The notes under the pieces were generated by a model. It searched no databases, was not told where the DNA came from, and saw only the letters and a list, made by a program, of their open reading frames with translations. Source: Acidobacteriota bacterium (GTDB lineage Bacteria; Acidobacteriota; UBA6911; RPQK01; CBDAPI01). From it: a stretch of DNA of 64,000 nucleotides. Location: assembly GCA_965198355.1 (NCBI GenBank), contig CBDAPI010000015.1, positions 33,965-97,964 on the forward strand, written 5' to 3'. Below, piece by piece: positions 39,242-49,777 of this stretch. Both the position numbers and the translations under genes were made by a program. Positions within the stretch are counted from its first letter, which is position 1. Each line of letters begins with the position of its first letter.

Positions 39242-40891
39242 CCCGGATTATGCAAAAACCGTAGTCCGGTGTTGAAAAACGAGTCGAGAAGTGGCCCAAC
39301 TCGGAAGCGGGCAGGTGTGACAGGCGGATTTGCGAAGAATATCGGTTGGGGAGGCGTTTGAGTGGTTGGGGGAGTGAATTTCAGACAGATCTGGGCCTGG
39401 ATGAGTATCGGAAGCGGTTTTTCGGGGAACTGGGAGAAGCTAGCTGGAGTTGAGGCGACTCAAGACGAGGTGAAAGAGGGGTTGTTCGGGAAAGGCTGAG
39501 GAAAGATGGACCCAGATGCGTCGAGTGGTTTGTCGGATCCGGGCCCCGATCTTGAGGACACGACGACGTAAGGTTTCGATTTCGAGCTTGTGCCAGGGGG
39601 TTCCGTGCAGATAGTCGCGCAGGCGCACGAACATCTGGTAAGCCAGTGCATGCAGGAGGAGTCGAAACTGGTTGGCCAGGAATCGATGACAGCTGAGTCG
39701 GTCCATGCTCAGATGATTCTTAAAGGCCTTGATGAAGTTCTCGGTCTGCCCTCGGTCGGTGTAGTGGTCATAAAGTGATTGGGAGCAGAGATCGTCCCGG
39801 TTGGTGACCACAAAGCGACGATTGATCCCGCGCTGATCGACCTCCACTTTGACAATGACGCGACGGGATCGATCCCAGCTCTTGGCTCGATAAAGAAACT
39901 CGTCAAACTGACGCTGTTTTTCCTCCCGCTCAACGAACTGCAGCCGAGTCGAATCCAGCAGGGGCTCGACCACTCGCTGCAGGCGAGGGTTGCGACTTAA
40001 CCCAATGACATATTGGAGTTGATTCTCTTCACCTTCACAGAACTCGTAGAGCCGAGGCGTGGCAAAGCCGCTGTCGGCCCGAATCTCAATCTCGACATCC
40101 GTCCCCACTCCTTGTCGGATGGCCTCCACGACGCGCTTCAGAATGGGCACGATGTGAGAGGCAGCCCCCTTGTTGCCAGGTCTCAACACGGCACAGACCA
40201 GGTCTCCCGTGGCGGCATCGAAGATCAGCAAAGGATGCAGAATGTGGTTTCGGTAATACCCGTGGTAGAAGGCGAACTCCTGTTGGCCGTGAGTGTGGTC
40301 GTCGGTACTGTCCAGATCCAGGATGATCTTGGCGGGACGTCTCTTCTTCAGGGAGCGCACATAACGGCGTAGCAGCCACCGGCTCAGACGCATCAGATCC
40401 TTCTTGGTGACGGAGTTCTCCAAGCGGGAGAAAGTCGGCTGGGTGGCCAAATCGGGATCGCTCTCGGGCAACTGATCACAGACTGTCTTGAGCATCGGAT
40501 CCGAGCGCAGCGTATCGGCGTCATTACAGTCTTCGTAGCCGGCCACGATCTGCAACACTCGTTGTCGGATCAACTTCAACAGGTCATGACGAATGTAGCG
40601 TCGGTCCCGGCTTTCCGCAATACACGAACTGAAGCCCTCGCACAATCGATGTTGCCGATCCAGCGATCCAAACAACAACCATCCTGCGTCGGAAGTCAGA
40701 CTCCCCCCATCAAAACGAGCTGTGATGTCTCTGTGGCTGTGAAATGGCAGGGTATTCTGGCAGACTGTTTTCAACATAGCCGTAGCTCCTGTTTAGGGTT
40801 GTTTTTATGTAAACCCTTTTATATCAGAGAGCTACGGCTTTTTTTCTGGGCCCAAATCTCACTCGGATTCAGATCTCTTGCATAATCCGGG
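39242..40891 (-). mobile_element. IS1380-family insertion sequence, copy 5 (mosaic subtype)
   Basis: Same termini. CTAG at 39238-39241 and 40892-40895. 1650 bp. Confidence 0.9.
39440..40777 (-). CDS. IS1380-family DDE transposase
   Basis: 445-aa intact ORF. Confidence 0.9.
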   Translation of the reverse strand: MLKTVCQNTLPFHSHRDITARFDGGSLTSDAGWLLFGSLDRQHRLCEGFSSCIAESRDRRYIRHDLLKLIRQRVLQIVAGYEDCNDADTLRSDPMLKTVCDQLPESDPDLATQPTFSRLENSVTKKDLMRLSRWLLRRYVRSLKKRRPAKIILDLDSTDDHTHGQQEFAFYHGYYRNHILHPLLIFDAATGDLVCAVLRPGNKGAASHIVPILKRVVEAIRQGVGTDVEIEIRADSGFATPRLYEFCEGEENQLQYVIGLSRNPRLQRVVEPLLDSTRLQFVEREEKQRQFDEFLYRAKSWDRSRRVIVKVEVDQRGINRRFVVTNRDDLCSQSLYDHYTDRGQTENFIKAFKNHLSMDRLSCHRFLANQFRLLLHALAYQMFVRLRDYLHGTPWHKLEIETLRRRVLKIGARIRQTTRRIWVHLSSAFPEQPLFHLVLSRLNSS

Positions 40892-42076
40892 CTAGCTGCC
40901 GCCGCCATCGGAGGCAAGATATACGCCGTCGGAGGCAACGGCCCGGGAGGGGTCTCCGGACAGTTGACTGTCTATGATCCCCTGGCCGACCTGTGGACCG
41001 AACTTCCTCCCCTGCCCACTCCTCGAGAGCATCTGGCTGCCGCTGCCCTGGGAGGCAAACTTCTCGTCATCGGCGGAAGGGTCCAGGGTCCCCTCCGAAA
41101 TCTCGCCACTCTGGAAGTCTTCGACCCCGAGGCAGGAGAGTGGGAGGGCAGGACTTCGATGCCCACGGCCCGGTCCGGACTGGCAGCCGCGTCTTTCGGA
41201 GAACTCCTGCTGGTGTTCGGGGGCGAGATCCCCGGAGTGTTCCAACAAAACGAAGTGTATGACCCGGTGGCGGACAGCTGGTTCGAGCTGACTCCCATGC
41301 CTGTGCCCCGGCACGGAATCGGGGCCGCCGTAGTAGGAAACCGAATCATAGTTCCGGGCGGAGCCACCATTGCTGGATTTCAGCACACGGATGTTGTGGA
41401 TGAGTTCTTGGTCCTGGATCAGCTGATTGCCATGGCCCAGTTTGCAGAAGGCCCGGAGGTCGGATCCCAAGTGACGGCCACCAACTTCACCGATCGGGAA
41501 GTCACCGTGCGTCTGGAACTCTATGACGATCAGGGCAATGTTCTCGAAAGCGATCTGAACGGGCCCGGGGGCCCAGAGCGGATTGTGCAACTCGAGCCCC
41601 ATCAGATTGCGCGCTGGTCGCAGGGTGGTCCGAAACTCTCCGGGGCTGCTGAAACCAAAGTCGGATGGGCGCTGCTGTTCGCGGATCAGCCCCTGCTGGG
41701 GCACATTCTCTTCACGGGGCCGGCCGGCTTTGCCGGTGTCCTCGGCCGTGAGCCGGGGGCGAGTTTTCTGATCCCTGTGGAACTCTCCGGAAACCAGAAT
41801 TCAGGGATCGCGGTGGCCAACGCCAGCCGCTCAGTTTCCACCGTGATGATTCGCCTCCGGGATGAAGACGGTACCCAGATAGCCGACACCGAAATTGAAC
41901 TGGAACCGCTCGGGCACCGGGCCCTTTTTCTCGACCAGCTCTTTCCCGACCTGGACCTGCAGTCTTTCATTGGAAGCTTGGAAGGAAGCGCCGACCAGCT
42001 GACCGCTGCCATGGCGATTCTGCAACGCGACTCTAGCCAGCTGGCGACTCTACCGGCCCGGATTGACTGACCATGC

Positions 42077-44986
42077 TCAATCGTTCGGCAAGCGCAGGCA
42101 GCGGGCCAGTACTTCGACGGGATGGACCGCCGTGCGACCCGTGAAGTGTTTGATCTGGGAGCGGCAACTGAAGCCGGGAGCCAGGATCAGGCACCCGTCT
42201 GCTGCCTGCTCGAGGGCCGGGAAAAGCCGGAGGGAGCCAATCTTCTCCGAAATATCATAGTGCTCCTTCTCGTATCCGAAGGCACCGGCCATCCCACAGC
42301 ACCCCGAATCCAGGACGGTTTGCTTGGAAGCCTTCATCAGGTCCAGCATCCCCCTGGAGGCCTCCAGGCCGATCAGTGATTCCTGCTGGCAATGGCCATG
42401 GTAAACGAGTTCCTCGGGACCGGCTCCCAGGCTCCCTTCCAGCCTGCTCTGGACTTCCGGCCTGGTGAGAAACTCCTCCAGGCTCAGGCATCGGTCCGTC
42501 ACTTTCCGGCAGCTTTCCTCATCCTCGGACAAATCCGGATAATCGTCTCGAAGCGTGGAAAGACAGGAAGGCTCCAGCACAATCACGGCAGACCCGGCTG
42601 CGACCTCGGAAAGGGAAGCAATCAGACCCTGAGCGCCTTTTCTGACGCTCTCCAGGTCTCCGCTGGAGATGGCCGGGCGGCCGCAGCAACCGGCCGAAAA
42701 CAGATCTACCCGGAACCCGAGGCGTTCCAGCAGCGCCACAGCAGCTTTGCCGATATGAGGTTCGTGGAAATTGGTGAAAGTATCCGCAAAGAGGACGACC
42801 GGCTCGCCTTCGGTCCCGCTGGGCCGAGACCGGAACCAGGAAGCCAGGGTTTGCCGCGCGTAACCGGGCAGAGGACGGCGTCGATCGAAGCCGGCAAACC
42901 ACTCCAGGGCCAGCCGCGACAGAGGATTGTTGACAGCCAGGTTGCTCAACCGGGGTACTCGTGAAGCCAGTTCGGCAGCCCGCCTGGTTCGCGCGATCAA
43001 TCGCTTGCCCAGGGGCCAGCCGTTCTTCCGGTAGTAGTGGGACAGAAACTCCGCCTTGATGCGGGCCATGTCAACGTTGGAGGGACACTCAGACTTGCAG
43101 GCTTTGCACTCCAGGCACAGATCCATCACTTCGTAGAGGCGCCTGCCGGTGAGAGCGCCCTCCTCGAGCTGACCACTCATGGCCAGACGCAGAGCGTTGG
43201 CCCGTCCTCGTGTCGAATGTTCTTCATCGCGAGTCGCCATGTAGGACGGGCACATGGTGCCGATCAGCGTCTTGCGACAGTGCCCAACACCCGTGCACAT
43301 CTCGACGGCCCGGTCAAAACCCCGATCATCGCGGAACCGAAAATGAGTTTCGGGAATGGTTGTTTTGTAGTTGGGATGAATCCGCAGATCCTCCCCAATG
43401 TCATGAGATTCAACGACTTTCCCCGGATTCATCACACCCAGGGGGTCGAAGGCATGTTTGATCTGTCGAAAGGCCTCGTACAGCTCGTCCCCGAAAAACT
43501 CACGGTTCTTGAAGCTGCGAACCAGTCCATCCCCGTGTTCACCGCTCCAGAACCCGCCGTATTTCACGACCAGCTCAAAAGCCCTGTCGGAGATCTCCTT
43601 CATGATCTCGACGTCTTCCGCCTGCTTGAGATTGAGGATGGGCCTGACATGAATCACACCGACGCTGGCATGGGCATACATGGCCACCGGGCGCTCCAGC
43701 TCTTTGCAGATGTCGAGAACTTCCTGGATGTAGGTGCTCAAATGCTGAATCGGCACGCACGCATCCTCAATGAAAGGCAGGGGCTTGGCATCCCCTTTCA
43801 TTCCCAGCATCAGGCCCAGCGCATTCTTTCTCACTCCCCAGACAATCGCTTGGGCTTCGGGAGTCCAGGCTTCGTGCAGATGGTAGTAGAGCGATCTCAA
43901 CTCCGAGTCCGCTTCCATCTGCTCGAAGAGACCCCGGATCTCAGCCTGAGTCGCACCGCTGAACTCCACCATCAGCACGGCCTCCGGATCCCCTGATATG
44001 AAGTGTCCGACCAGTCTGGAAGCTTCGGGATTGGACCGGGCCAACTGCAGTGCATAGTCGTCGATGATCTCAACCGCAGTTGGCTGATACTTGAGGATGA
44101 ACTTGACGGCGTCAATTGCCTGCGCCAGCCGCTGGAAGTGCAGCACAGTATTCATCCGGACGGCTGGAACCACCTCGAGATTGAGCCTGGCCTCGGTGAT
44201 GAATGCGAGAGTTCCTTCCGAGCCCACCACCAGTTTGGCCAGGTTGAAACGGTCTTCATCCAGTAGAGCGTCGAGGGTGTAACCGCCCGACCGCCGCGGG
44301 ACATTCGGATACTTTTCTTGAATGAGCCCTCGATGCCGGCGCACCAGGTCACGGACGGTCCGGTAAATCTCCCCCTCCCGGTCCTGCTGGCTGCATTTGG
44401 AATCCAGCTCGCGGGCATTCAATTCTTCGAGGTGAAGTTCCTCGCCGGTGGCCAGGACCACGTCCATCTCCAGCACGTGCTCAACCGTCCTCCCGTAGCG
44501 AACGGAGCGCACTCCAGCCGAGTTGTTTCCGAGCATTCCGCCCACAGTGGCCCGGCTGGCCGTGGCCACATCGGGTGCAAAGAAAAGCTCATGCGGGCCC
44601 AGGGCATGGTTCAGATTGTCGAGAACGATGCCCAGCTCAACTCGGGCCCAGCGCTCCTGGGGATTGACCTCGAGCAGCCGGTTCATATGCTTGGAGTCGT
44701 CGATGACCAGACCCCGCGTTACGGCCTGGCCGGCCAGACTGGTGCCGCCGCCCCTGGGCAGAATCGGGACCCGGTACTTGGCCGCGGTCCGCACCGCCTG
44801 GAGCAGATCGGCCCGTCTCTCGGGCAGCACTACTCCCAGGGGAGCCTGCTGGTAAAGACTGGCATCGGTACTGAAAAGCATGCGGGACATCTCGTCCCAC
44901 AACAGATCACCCTGGATCTTGCCTTCGAGTTCGTTCTTCAGTCTCTCAACGTCAGTATCAGCCATCGGCGAGGCACACTTTACCAC
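42077..44986 (-). CDS. FAD-linked oxidase fused to 4Fe-4S and CCG domains (GlcD/GlcF-like, D-lactate/glycolate dehydrogenase type)
   Basis: 969 aa. FAD_binding_4 region PRGGGTSLAGQ. CLECKACKSECPS ferredoxin motif. C-terminal cysteine-rich CCG repeats (GCCG). Confidence 0.85.
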   Translation of the reverse strand: MVKCASPMADTDVERLKNELEGKIQGDLLWDEMSRMLFSTDASLYQQAPLGVVLPERRADLLQAVRTAAKYRVPILPRGGGTSLAGQAVTRGLVIDDSKHMNRLLEVNPQERWARVELGIVLDNLNHALGPHELFFAPDVATASRATVGGMLGNNSAGVRSVRYGRTVEHVLEMDVVLATGEELHLEELNARELDSKCSQQDREGEIYRTVRDLVRRHRGLIQEKYPNVPRRSGGYTLDALLDEDRFNLAKLVVGSEGTLAFITEARLNLEVVPAVRMNTVLHFQRLAQAIDAVKFILKYQPTAVEIIDDYALQLARSNPEASRLVGHFISGDPEAVLMVEFSGATQAEIRGLFEQMEADSELRSLYYHLHEAWTPEAQAIVWGVRKNALGLMLGMKGDAKPLPFIEDACVPIQHLSTYIQEVLDICKELERPVAMYAHASVGVIHVRPILNLKQAEDVEIMKEISDRAFELVVKYGGFWSGEHGDGLVRSFKNREFFGDELYEAFRQIKHAFDPLGVMNPGKVVESHDIGEDLRIHPNYKTTIPETHFRFRDDRGFDRAVEMCTGVGHCRKTLIGTMCPSYMATRDEEHSTRGRANALRLAMSGQLEEGALTGRRLYEVMDLCLECKACKSECPSNVDMARIKAEFLSHYYRKNGWPLGKRLIARTRRAAELASRVPRLSNLAVNNPLSRLALEWFAGFDRRRPLPGYARQTLASWFRSRPSGTEGEPVVLFADTFTNFHEPHIGKAAVALLERLGFRVDLFSAGCCGRPAISSGDLESVRKGAQGLIASLSEVAAGSAVIVLEPSCLSTLRDDYPDLSEDEESCRKVTDRCLSLEEFLTRPEVQSRLEGSLGAGPEELVYHGHCQQESLIGLEASRGMLDLMKASKQTVLDSGCCGMAGAFGYEKEHYDISEKIGSLRLFPALEQAADGCLILAPGFSCRSQIKHFTGRTAVHPVEVLARCLRLPND

Positions 44987-45047
44987 GGGCTGCTAGCGTG
45001 TCCGGCCTCGAGTCCAAGGGCAAACAACACCCGGAGTCAGGAGTTTC

Positions 45048-45806
45048 TTACTTCCACGTCACTGCCATGGCGAAGAAATGATCGAAGACCGCACGAGTCG
45101 GGCTGTTTCGCTCATCCGCCTCGGGGCTGCGAATGAAAAAATCAATCTGCTGGGCCGCCGGATCCACCGCCCCGGCTGCAGTCTTCTTGTCGAGGAGGGG
45201 GTAGCGTACCTCCAGGCTCTCTCGATCCCGCATTCCCTGTGTGACCATGAAGTGGATCTCATAGTCCTGATAGAGGGGCTTTCCATTCAAGGTGCCACGC
45301 CCGTAGCCCCAGCCGGCAACGTAGAGGAGCGATTTGGGCCAGTTCGAATCACCGCAGCCGGAATCGCCATGCTCGAAGAGAAAAGCCGCGATGCCTCCAT
45401 CCTGGCAGGGGCTGAATTCGTGGAAGCGTTCCATCTGGACTACATATTGCCCTTCGGGCAGCTCCAGTGTGGCCACAAAGGTCCCCGTGTTCTCGATCTC
45501 ATCAACGTCGATCTCAATGTTCCCCTCGACCGGAAAGAGACGTGTGGCTTCGTTGCCCATATGATCCCAGCCGGGAGGATCGCCCAGCCGACCCACCTGG
45601 TAAATCCTTCCACCCCCGAGTTTGAAGTGCCCCGAGTAGAGCTGGTGTTGCTCGGGTGTGTAGATCCCCATTTCGGTCCCCGGTTGGGACCTGGGTCCGG
45701 CCGGAGTCGGGGCTTCCCGGGAGGGTTCCGGGGAGGGCTGGCTGCAGGCACTCAGAGTGATCGCCAGGAGAGAGGCCGACAGCACATGGTTGCGCAATGC
45801 TCGCAT
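45048..45806 (-). CDS. hypothetical lipoprotein
   Basis: 252 aa. Lipobox LAITLSACS. No family recognised. Confidence 0.55.
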   Translation of the reverse strand: MRALRNHVLSASLLAITLSACSQPSPEPSREAPTPAGPRSQPGTEMGIYTPEQHQLYSGHFKLGGGRIYQVGRLGDPPGWDHMGNEATRLFPVEGNIEIDVDEIENTGTFVATLELPEGQYVVQMERFHEFSPCQDGGIAAFLFEHGDSGCGDSNWPKSLLYVAGWGYGRGTLNGKPLYQDYEIHFMVTQGMRDRESLEVRYPLLDKKTAAGAVDPAAQQIDFFIRSPEADERNSPTRAVFDHFFAMAVTWK

Positions 45807-45818
45807 TTGATTTTCTCC

Positions 45819-46607
45819 TCACTTCGTCGTTGTCTCAGTGTAGGCAATGGTCAGAGTCGAAGTCTCGCCTGCCTGCACCTCAATCTCCCGCTCTTCCCTT
45901 CCAAAGTACTCGTGCCACGCCTCCAGACGGTAGGAGCCGGCCGGCAGATTGGGGATGCGAAAGCTTCCGTCGCTGGAAGAAACGGTGTGAAAGGGGTGTT
46001 CGTCCACTCTCAGGTAGGCCTGCATCCAACCGTGCAGGTCACACTTCACGATGTACCATCCCGGGCGATCCAGCCGGCGCACAGACTTGGACTGACCGGG
46101 CCCCAGAGCCACGTTCAGATTGAAAAGACCGTAGAGGTGCACAGTGTGAGTAATGGCGTCGCTGTTGGTGGTCTCTATGCTGCTTCCGGTCGTCAAAACG
46201 GCCACGTGGGGCTCGAACTGACATTCCCGATTGTCCAGAACCAGGGTGCTGGTCGGAACCTCATAGTCGGGGGGCAGCGAGACATTGGCGAGGCTGATCA
46301 CTGTGTTTCCAATTCCCTGATTCCGGGAAACCAGGATGTTGCGCAGTGACTGCACTTCGCCACACTCGTGGGGATCCGTGGTGTTGCGGACCAGGGTTGA
46401 ACGGGGAACTTCTCCTCCCTGAAAAAGGATTCGTCCCTGAATCGCGCCGGCGTCCGGGAAGTCCGGGATGGGAGCCGGAAGGGGAGGGGAAAGACTCTGG
46501 TCCGGCTGGTCCCCGGGAGCGGTCTCTTCCCCGGAGCAAGCCAAATGAAAATGGCAGATGACTGCCAACAGGAAAATGACTGCCCTGCTCGAGCCTGAGG
46601 ACCACAA
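45819..46607 (-). CDS. secreted cupredoxin-like protein with C-terminal carboxypeptidase-regulatory-like domain
   Basis: NRECQFEPHV...TNSDAITHTVH...KCDLHGWMQAY (His/Cys/His/Met-type ligand spacing), then SSSDGSFRIPNLPAGSYRLEAWHE. Confidence 0.6.
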   Translation of the reverse strand: MWSSGSSRAVIFLLAVICHFHLACSGEETAPGDQPDQSLSPPLPAPIPDFPDAGAIQGRILFQGGEVPRSTLVRNTTDPHECGEVQSLRNILVSRNQGIGNTVISLANVSLPPDYEVPTSTLVLDNRECQFEPHVAVLTTGSSIETTNSDAITHTVHLYGLFNLNVALGPGQSKSVRRLDRPGWYIVKCDLHGWMQAYLRVDEHPFHTVSSSDGSFRIPNLPAGSYRLEAWHEYFGREEREIEVQAGETSTLTIAYTETTTK

Positions 46608-46762
46608 ATGGCCTTCCTTGAAGTTCCCTTACGACGGGGATCCGCAGCGTTACCGGTTCGGCGATGCTTACTACTATACCGGACGGCCAGGAAGGGTGAC
46701 AGGCCGGCGACCATTCGTTTTTGAAACCAAAATCCCTGATTGGATATAATGGGCCTGCCCAG

Positions 46763-46838
46763 GGCGGCGTACCCAAGTGGCTAAGGGAGAGGTCTGCAAA
46801 ACCTTCATTCACCGGTTCGAGTCCGGTCGCCGCCTCCA
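46763..46838 (+). tRNA. tRNA-Cys (GCA)
   Basis: Manual cloverleaf. Acceptor GGCGGCG/CGCCGCC. D arm with A13-A22 mismatch. Anticodon stem GAGGT/ACCTT, loop CTGCAAA. T arm ACCGG-TTCGAGT-CCGGT. Discriminator U73. Encoded CCA. Confidence 0.9.
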
Positions 46839-46867
46839 ACTTCCCTCCGTAACTCCTGAAAACTCAG

Positions 46868-47113
46868 TACGTTAGAAGGGTTGTTCTTGGGGGTGTTTTG
46901 CGGAGGATCCTGGTCAGGGGTATTGTCTCCCATTTGTCTCCCACGCGTCTCCATCACTTCCCGGGCTCTAGAGATGGCGAACTCGGGAGAATAGTGTGCG
47001 TAGAACTTCTCAGTTGTTCTGATCGAGGAGTGCCCTAACTGGCTTTTGGCAACGTGAAGTGGCTGGCCGCTTTCGGCGCCTGGTCTTCCAGCTCCGGGCG
47101 GGCTCGCCGACAC
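46868..47113 (-). pseudogene. tyrosine recombinase (phage-type integrase) C-terminal remnant
   Basis: LGHSSIRTTEKFYAHY is the box II / catalytic Tyr region. No upstream catalytic R/H-x-x-R part. Lies directly 3' of tRNA-Cys. Confidence 0.6.
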
Positions 47114-48014
47114 TCCAGGAAAGGGCCCAGCGCGGCAGGAGGCTCAAATGTGTCTCATTGCTGCTGACGGGAAACATCAAGATCTGCCGCAAGGAAGCGA
47201 AAGAGAGCGCCGGAGATTTGGATTTGGGTTACCGTCCGAGTACGTTAAGCATCGTTAGCCAGCCCACCGTAAGGAAGACGAGCAGGACAACAATCAGAGC
47301 AGCCGACGTCAGTGGATGATTCCGGTATCTCACTCCGACCCACTTCACCCCGCCATTCAGGAGCAAAAGCACCAACGCCAACATGGGGATAAAGAGAGCT
47401 CCGATGACAGCGTACAACTTCTGCATGGTGGCGAATCCAATCCACAATCCAATCATAGGAATAGTGGCGAGGGCATACAGGTACCATCGATAAGAGATTG
47501 AATGTGTGCTAATGGAGCGTTCCCTGGAGGTGAACTGCTCCGCATCATGCTCCACAGATCAGTAAAGAGGCAAGGAGCGCTCTGCCACACACCCAACAAG
47601 CTACTGAAGACAGCGCCCAATGCCCCCAGCAAGAAAGCCCACTTGCCTATTACGCCCAGTTCTTCGACCAACCTCTCAGCCACTTTGACTAGTAAGTATC
47701 CCCCGGCAAAGCCGGGGGCTTTAATCTTGTGAGCCGCTCAAAGCGGACTTGACGTTGCCGCTACCGCGGCCACTTGTGCCACCTACAGGTGGCTTGGCTA
47801 CAGCAGCCTGAGCTGATCCTGGCGACGATCTTCTGCTTCTTGCCGCCGGATATACTCACGAATCACTTTCTCATCCCGACCCACCGTCGATACGAAGTAT
47901 CCGCGAGCCCAGAAGTGCTGTCCAACAAAGTTACGCCGACTCTCTGAAAAGTTCCTCGCAATGTGGATGGCGCTTTTCCCTTTGATGTACCCGATCACCT
48001 GCGCCACAGAAAAC

Positions 48015-48037
48015 TGTAAATTCTGGTCAGACCTGGG
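48015..48037 (+). other. isolated 23-bp copy of the IS256-family left end inside IS200 tnpA
   Basis: TGTAAATTCTGGTCAGACCTGGG is identical to 50261-50283. Absent from the intact IS200 copy (57597/57598). Confidence 0.85.
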
Positions 48038-48139
48038 TTTGGCGGAATCGAGATCATCACGTGCACGTGATCCGGCAGCAGGTGGCCCTCTTCAATCAAG
48101 CTTTCCTGCTGCCCAGCCAACCGTCGCAGCACCTGACCG

Positions 48140-49777
48140 GAACGTGTCAACAACTTTGAGACACTTTGGTGAATAAATTACTGTAGTTTCATCTCAAAAG
48201 TTCTCCTTTTCGGGAGGGTTGATCCAGACCGCCTCGGGAAGAGGAGGAGGAACGGGTTTGCCGTTGGGAAATCTCTCCGGGAAGAGTGCATGGGCGGCCT
48301 CCAATGTTTGGGATCGATCGCGACGGGTGGTGATGGCGGTGAGGTAGTGCACATCCGCGGGAGTGTGCAGGCCGATACCCGAATGGCGATGGTCGCGGTT
48401 ATACCAATCGAAGAAATCCCGACAAAAGTCTCTGGCTTGCTGAATGGTGCCGAAACGAGCCGGGAATTCGGGACGGTACTTGAGGGTCTTGAATTGGGAT
48501 TCCGAGTAGGGATTGTCGTCACAGACATGAGGCCGAGAGTTGTGTGGTCTGGTGAGACTTGGTGACTCCCAGATCGGCCAGTAGCAAGGCCAGTGCTTTG
48601 GAACTCATCGACGAGCCACGATCGGCATGCAGGGTGAGACCACCCGCTACGATCTCCTGCTTGGAGTAGCTCTGGGCGATCAAGACCTTGGCCAGGCGGG
48701 AGCTTTCCTGGGTGGCCACCATCCAGCCCACCACATAGCGGCTGAAGATGTCCAGGATCACGTAGAGGTAGTAATAGCTCCATTTGACGGGCCCCTTCAG
48801 CTTGGTGATGTCCCACGACCAGCATTGGTTCGGGCCGGTGGCCAGAAGTTCCGGCTTGGAGTATTGGGGATGGCGGCGCTGGCGACGGCGTTCTCTAACT
48901 TCCAGACGTTTGGCCAGAATGCGGTACATGGTTCGAATCGAGCACAAGTATCGCCCTTCGTCAGCAGCTCCGCCCATACGGCGGCAGGAGCTTTGTCGAT
49001 AAACTGTCGGCTGTGCAGGACCTCCACAACGGCTTCCCTTTCGGGCGGGCTCAAGGCGCGTGGGGATGCGGCCCGAGGCCGAGGATCCAGCGCCGGCCGT
49101 TCGCGCCGAAGTTTCTCCCGATACAGACTCGATGGCGGCAGATCCAGAGCCTGACAGCCGGCACGGACTCCGTGGGATTGTGAGAATCGCAAAGCTTCGT
49201 CCATCAGCTCTCGTCTCCGTTCTCTTCGCTGCTCGCCAGAGAGATTCCCAACAGTTGCGAGACTTTTTTTGGAGATCCAGCATGGCTTCAAACTTCTCGA
49301 GCTTGCGTTTCAGCTTCCGATTCTCAGCCTCCACTTGCCTCAGTTGATGATCCAGAGGATTGACCGGCTTTGCCTTTCGTCCCCGCTTGCGAGGGGTCAA
49401 TGCCTGCAGCGTTCCGTGCTCGCGTTGGCGTCGCCAGGTCTGCAGATTCGACCAGTAAAGTCCTTCTCGGCGCAGTAATGCTCCCACTTCGCCCGACTCT
49501 TCGCAGCCATCGGCCTGCTCCAGGACCCGGAGCTTATAGCGGGCTGAAAACCGGCGACGGGTTGCCTTGGCAGGAACTTCCGGGTCGGGTCGCGGCAACG
49601 CCTTCTCGGGCTCGGTCCGTCCCGCAGCGATTTTGGAGACCTCTCCCCTCCGCTCCGAGGTTTCCAAAATCCTCAGTTTCTTGTCGCTTCTGTTTTCTAT
49701 CATTCTGTAATCCAGCTTCTCGCCCTCTACTCTAATTTAGCCGGGAAGAAGTGTCTCACCATTATTGGCACAGAGGG
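48140..49777 (-). mobile_element. IS3-family insertion sequence (decayed)
   Basis: Inserted in IS200 tnpA with 5-bp duplication GACCG (48135-48139 / 49778-49782). Imperfect IRs TGTCAACAACTTTGAGACACTT / TGTGCCAATAATGGTGAGACACTT. Confidence 0.8.
48178..49703 (-). pseudogene. IS3-family OrfA/OrfB transposase with extra frameshifts
   Basis: OrfA has HTH and leucine zipper. A7G slippery site (49262-49270). OrfB shows DDE and ...DNPYSESQFKTLKY-type sequence only after two further frame changes (three frames: 49703, 49291, 48825). Confidence 0.75.

Larger units (their letters stand above)
38830..42070 (+). pseudogene. secreted Kelch-repeat protein with C-terminal two-lobed module, interrupted by IS1380 copy 5 (segments 38830-39241 and 40896-42070)
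   Basis: Signal peptide. Repeats GGKIYSIGG / GGKIYAVGG / GGKLLVIGG. Junction ...PRARGALA|AAAIGGKIYAVGG is in frame after removing the IS plus one CTAG. Confidence 0.85.

Noticed and set aside
46805-46867. 3' extension of the integrase-remnant ORF across tRNA-Cys
   Set aside because: The ORF simply stays open through the tRNA gene on the opposite strand. The integrase-like similarity ends well before.
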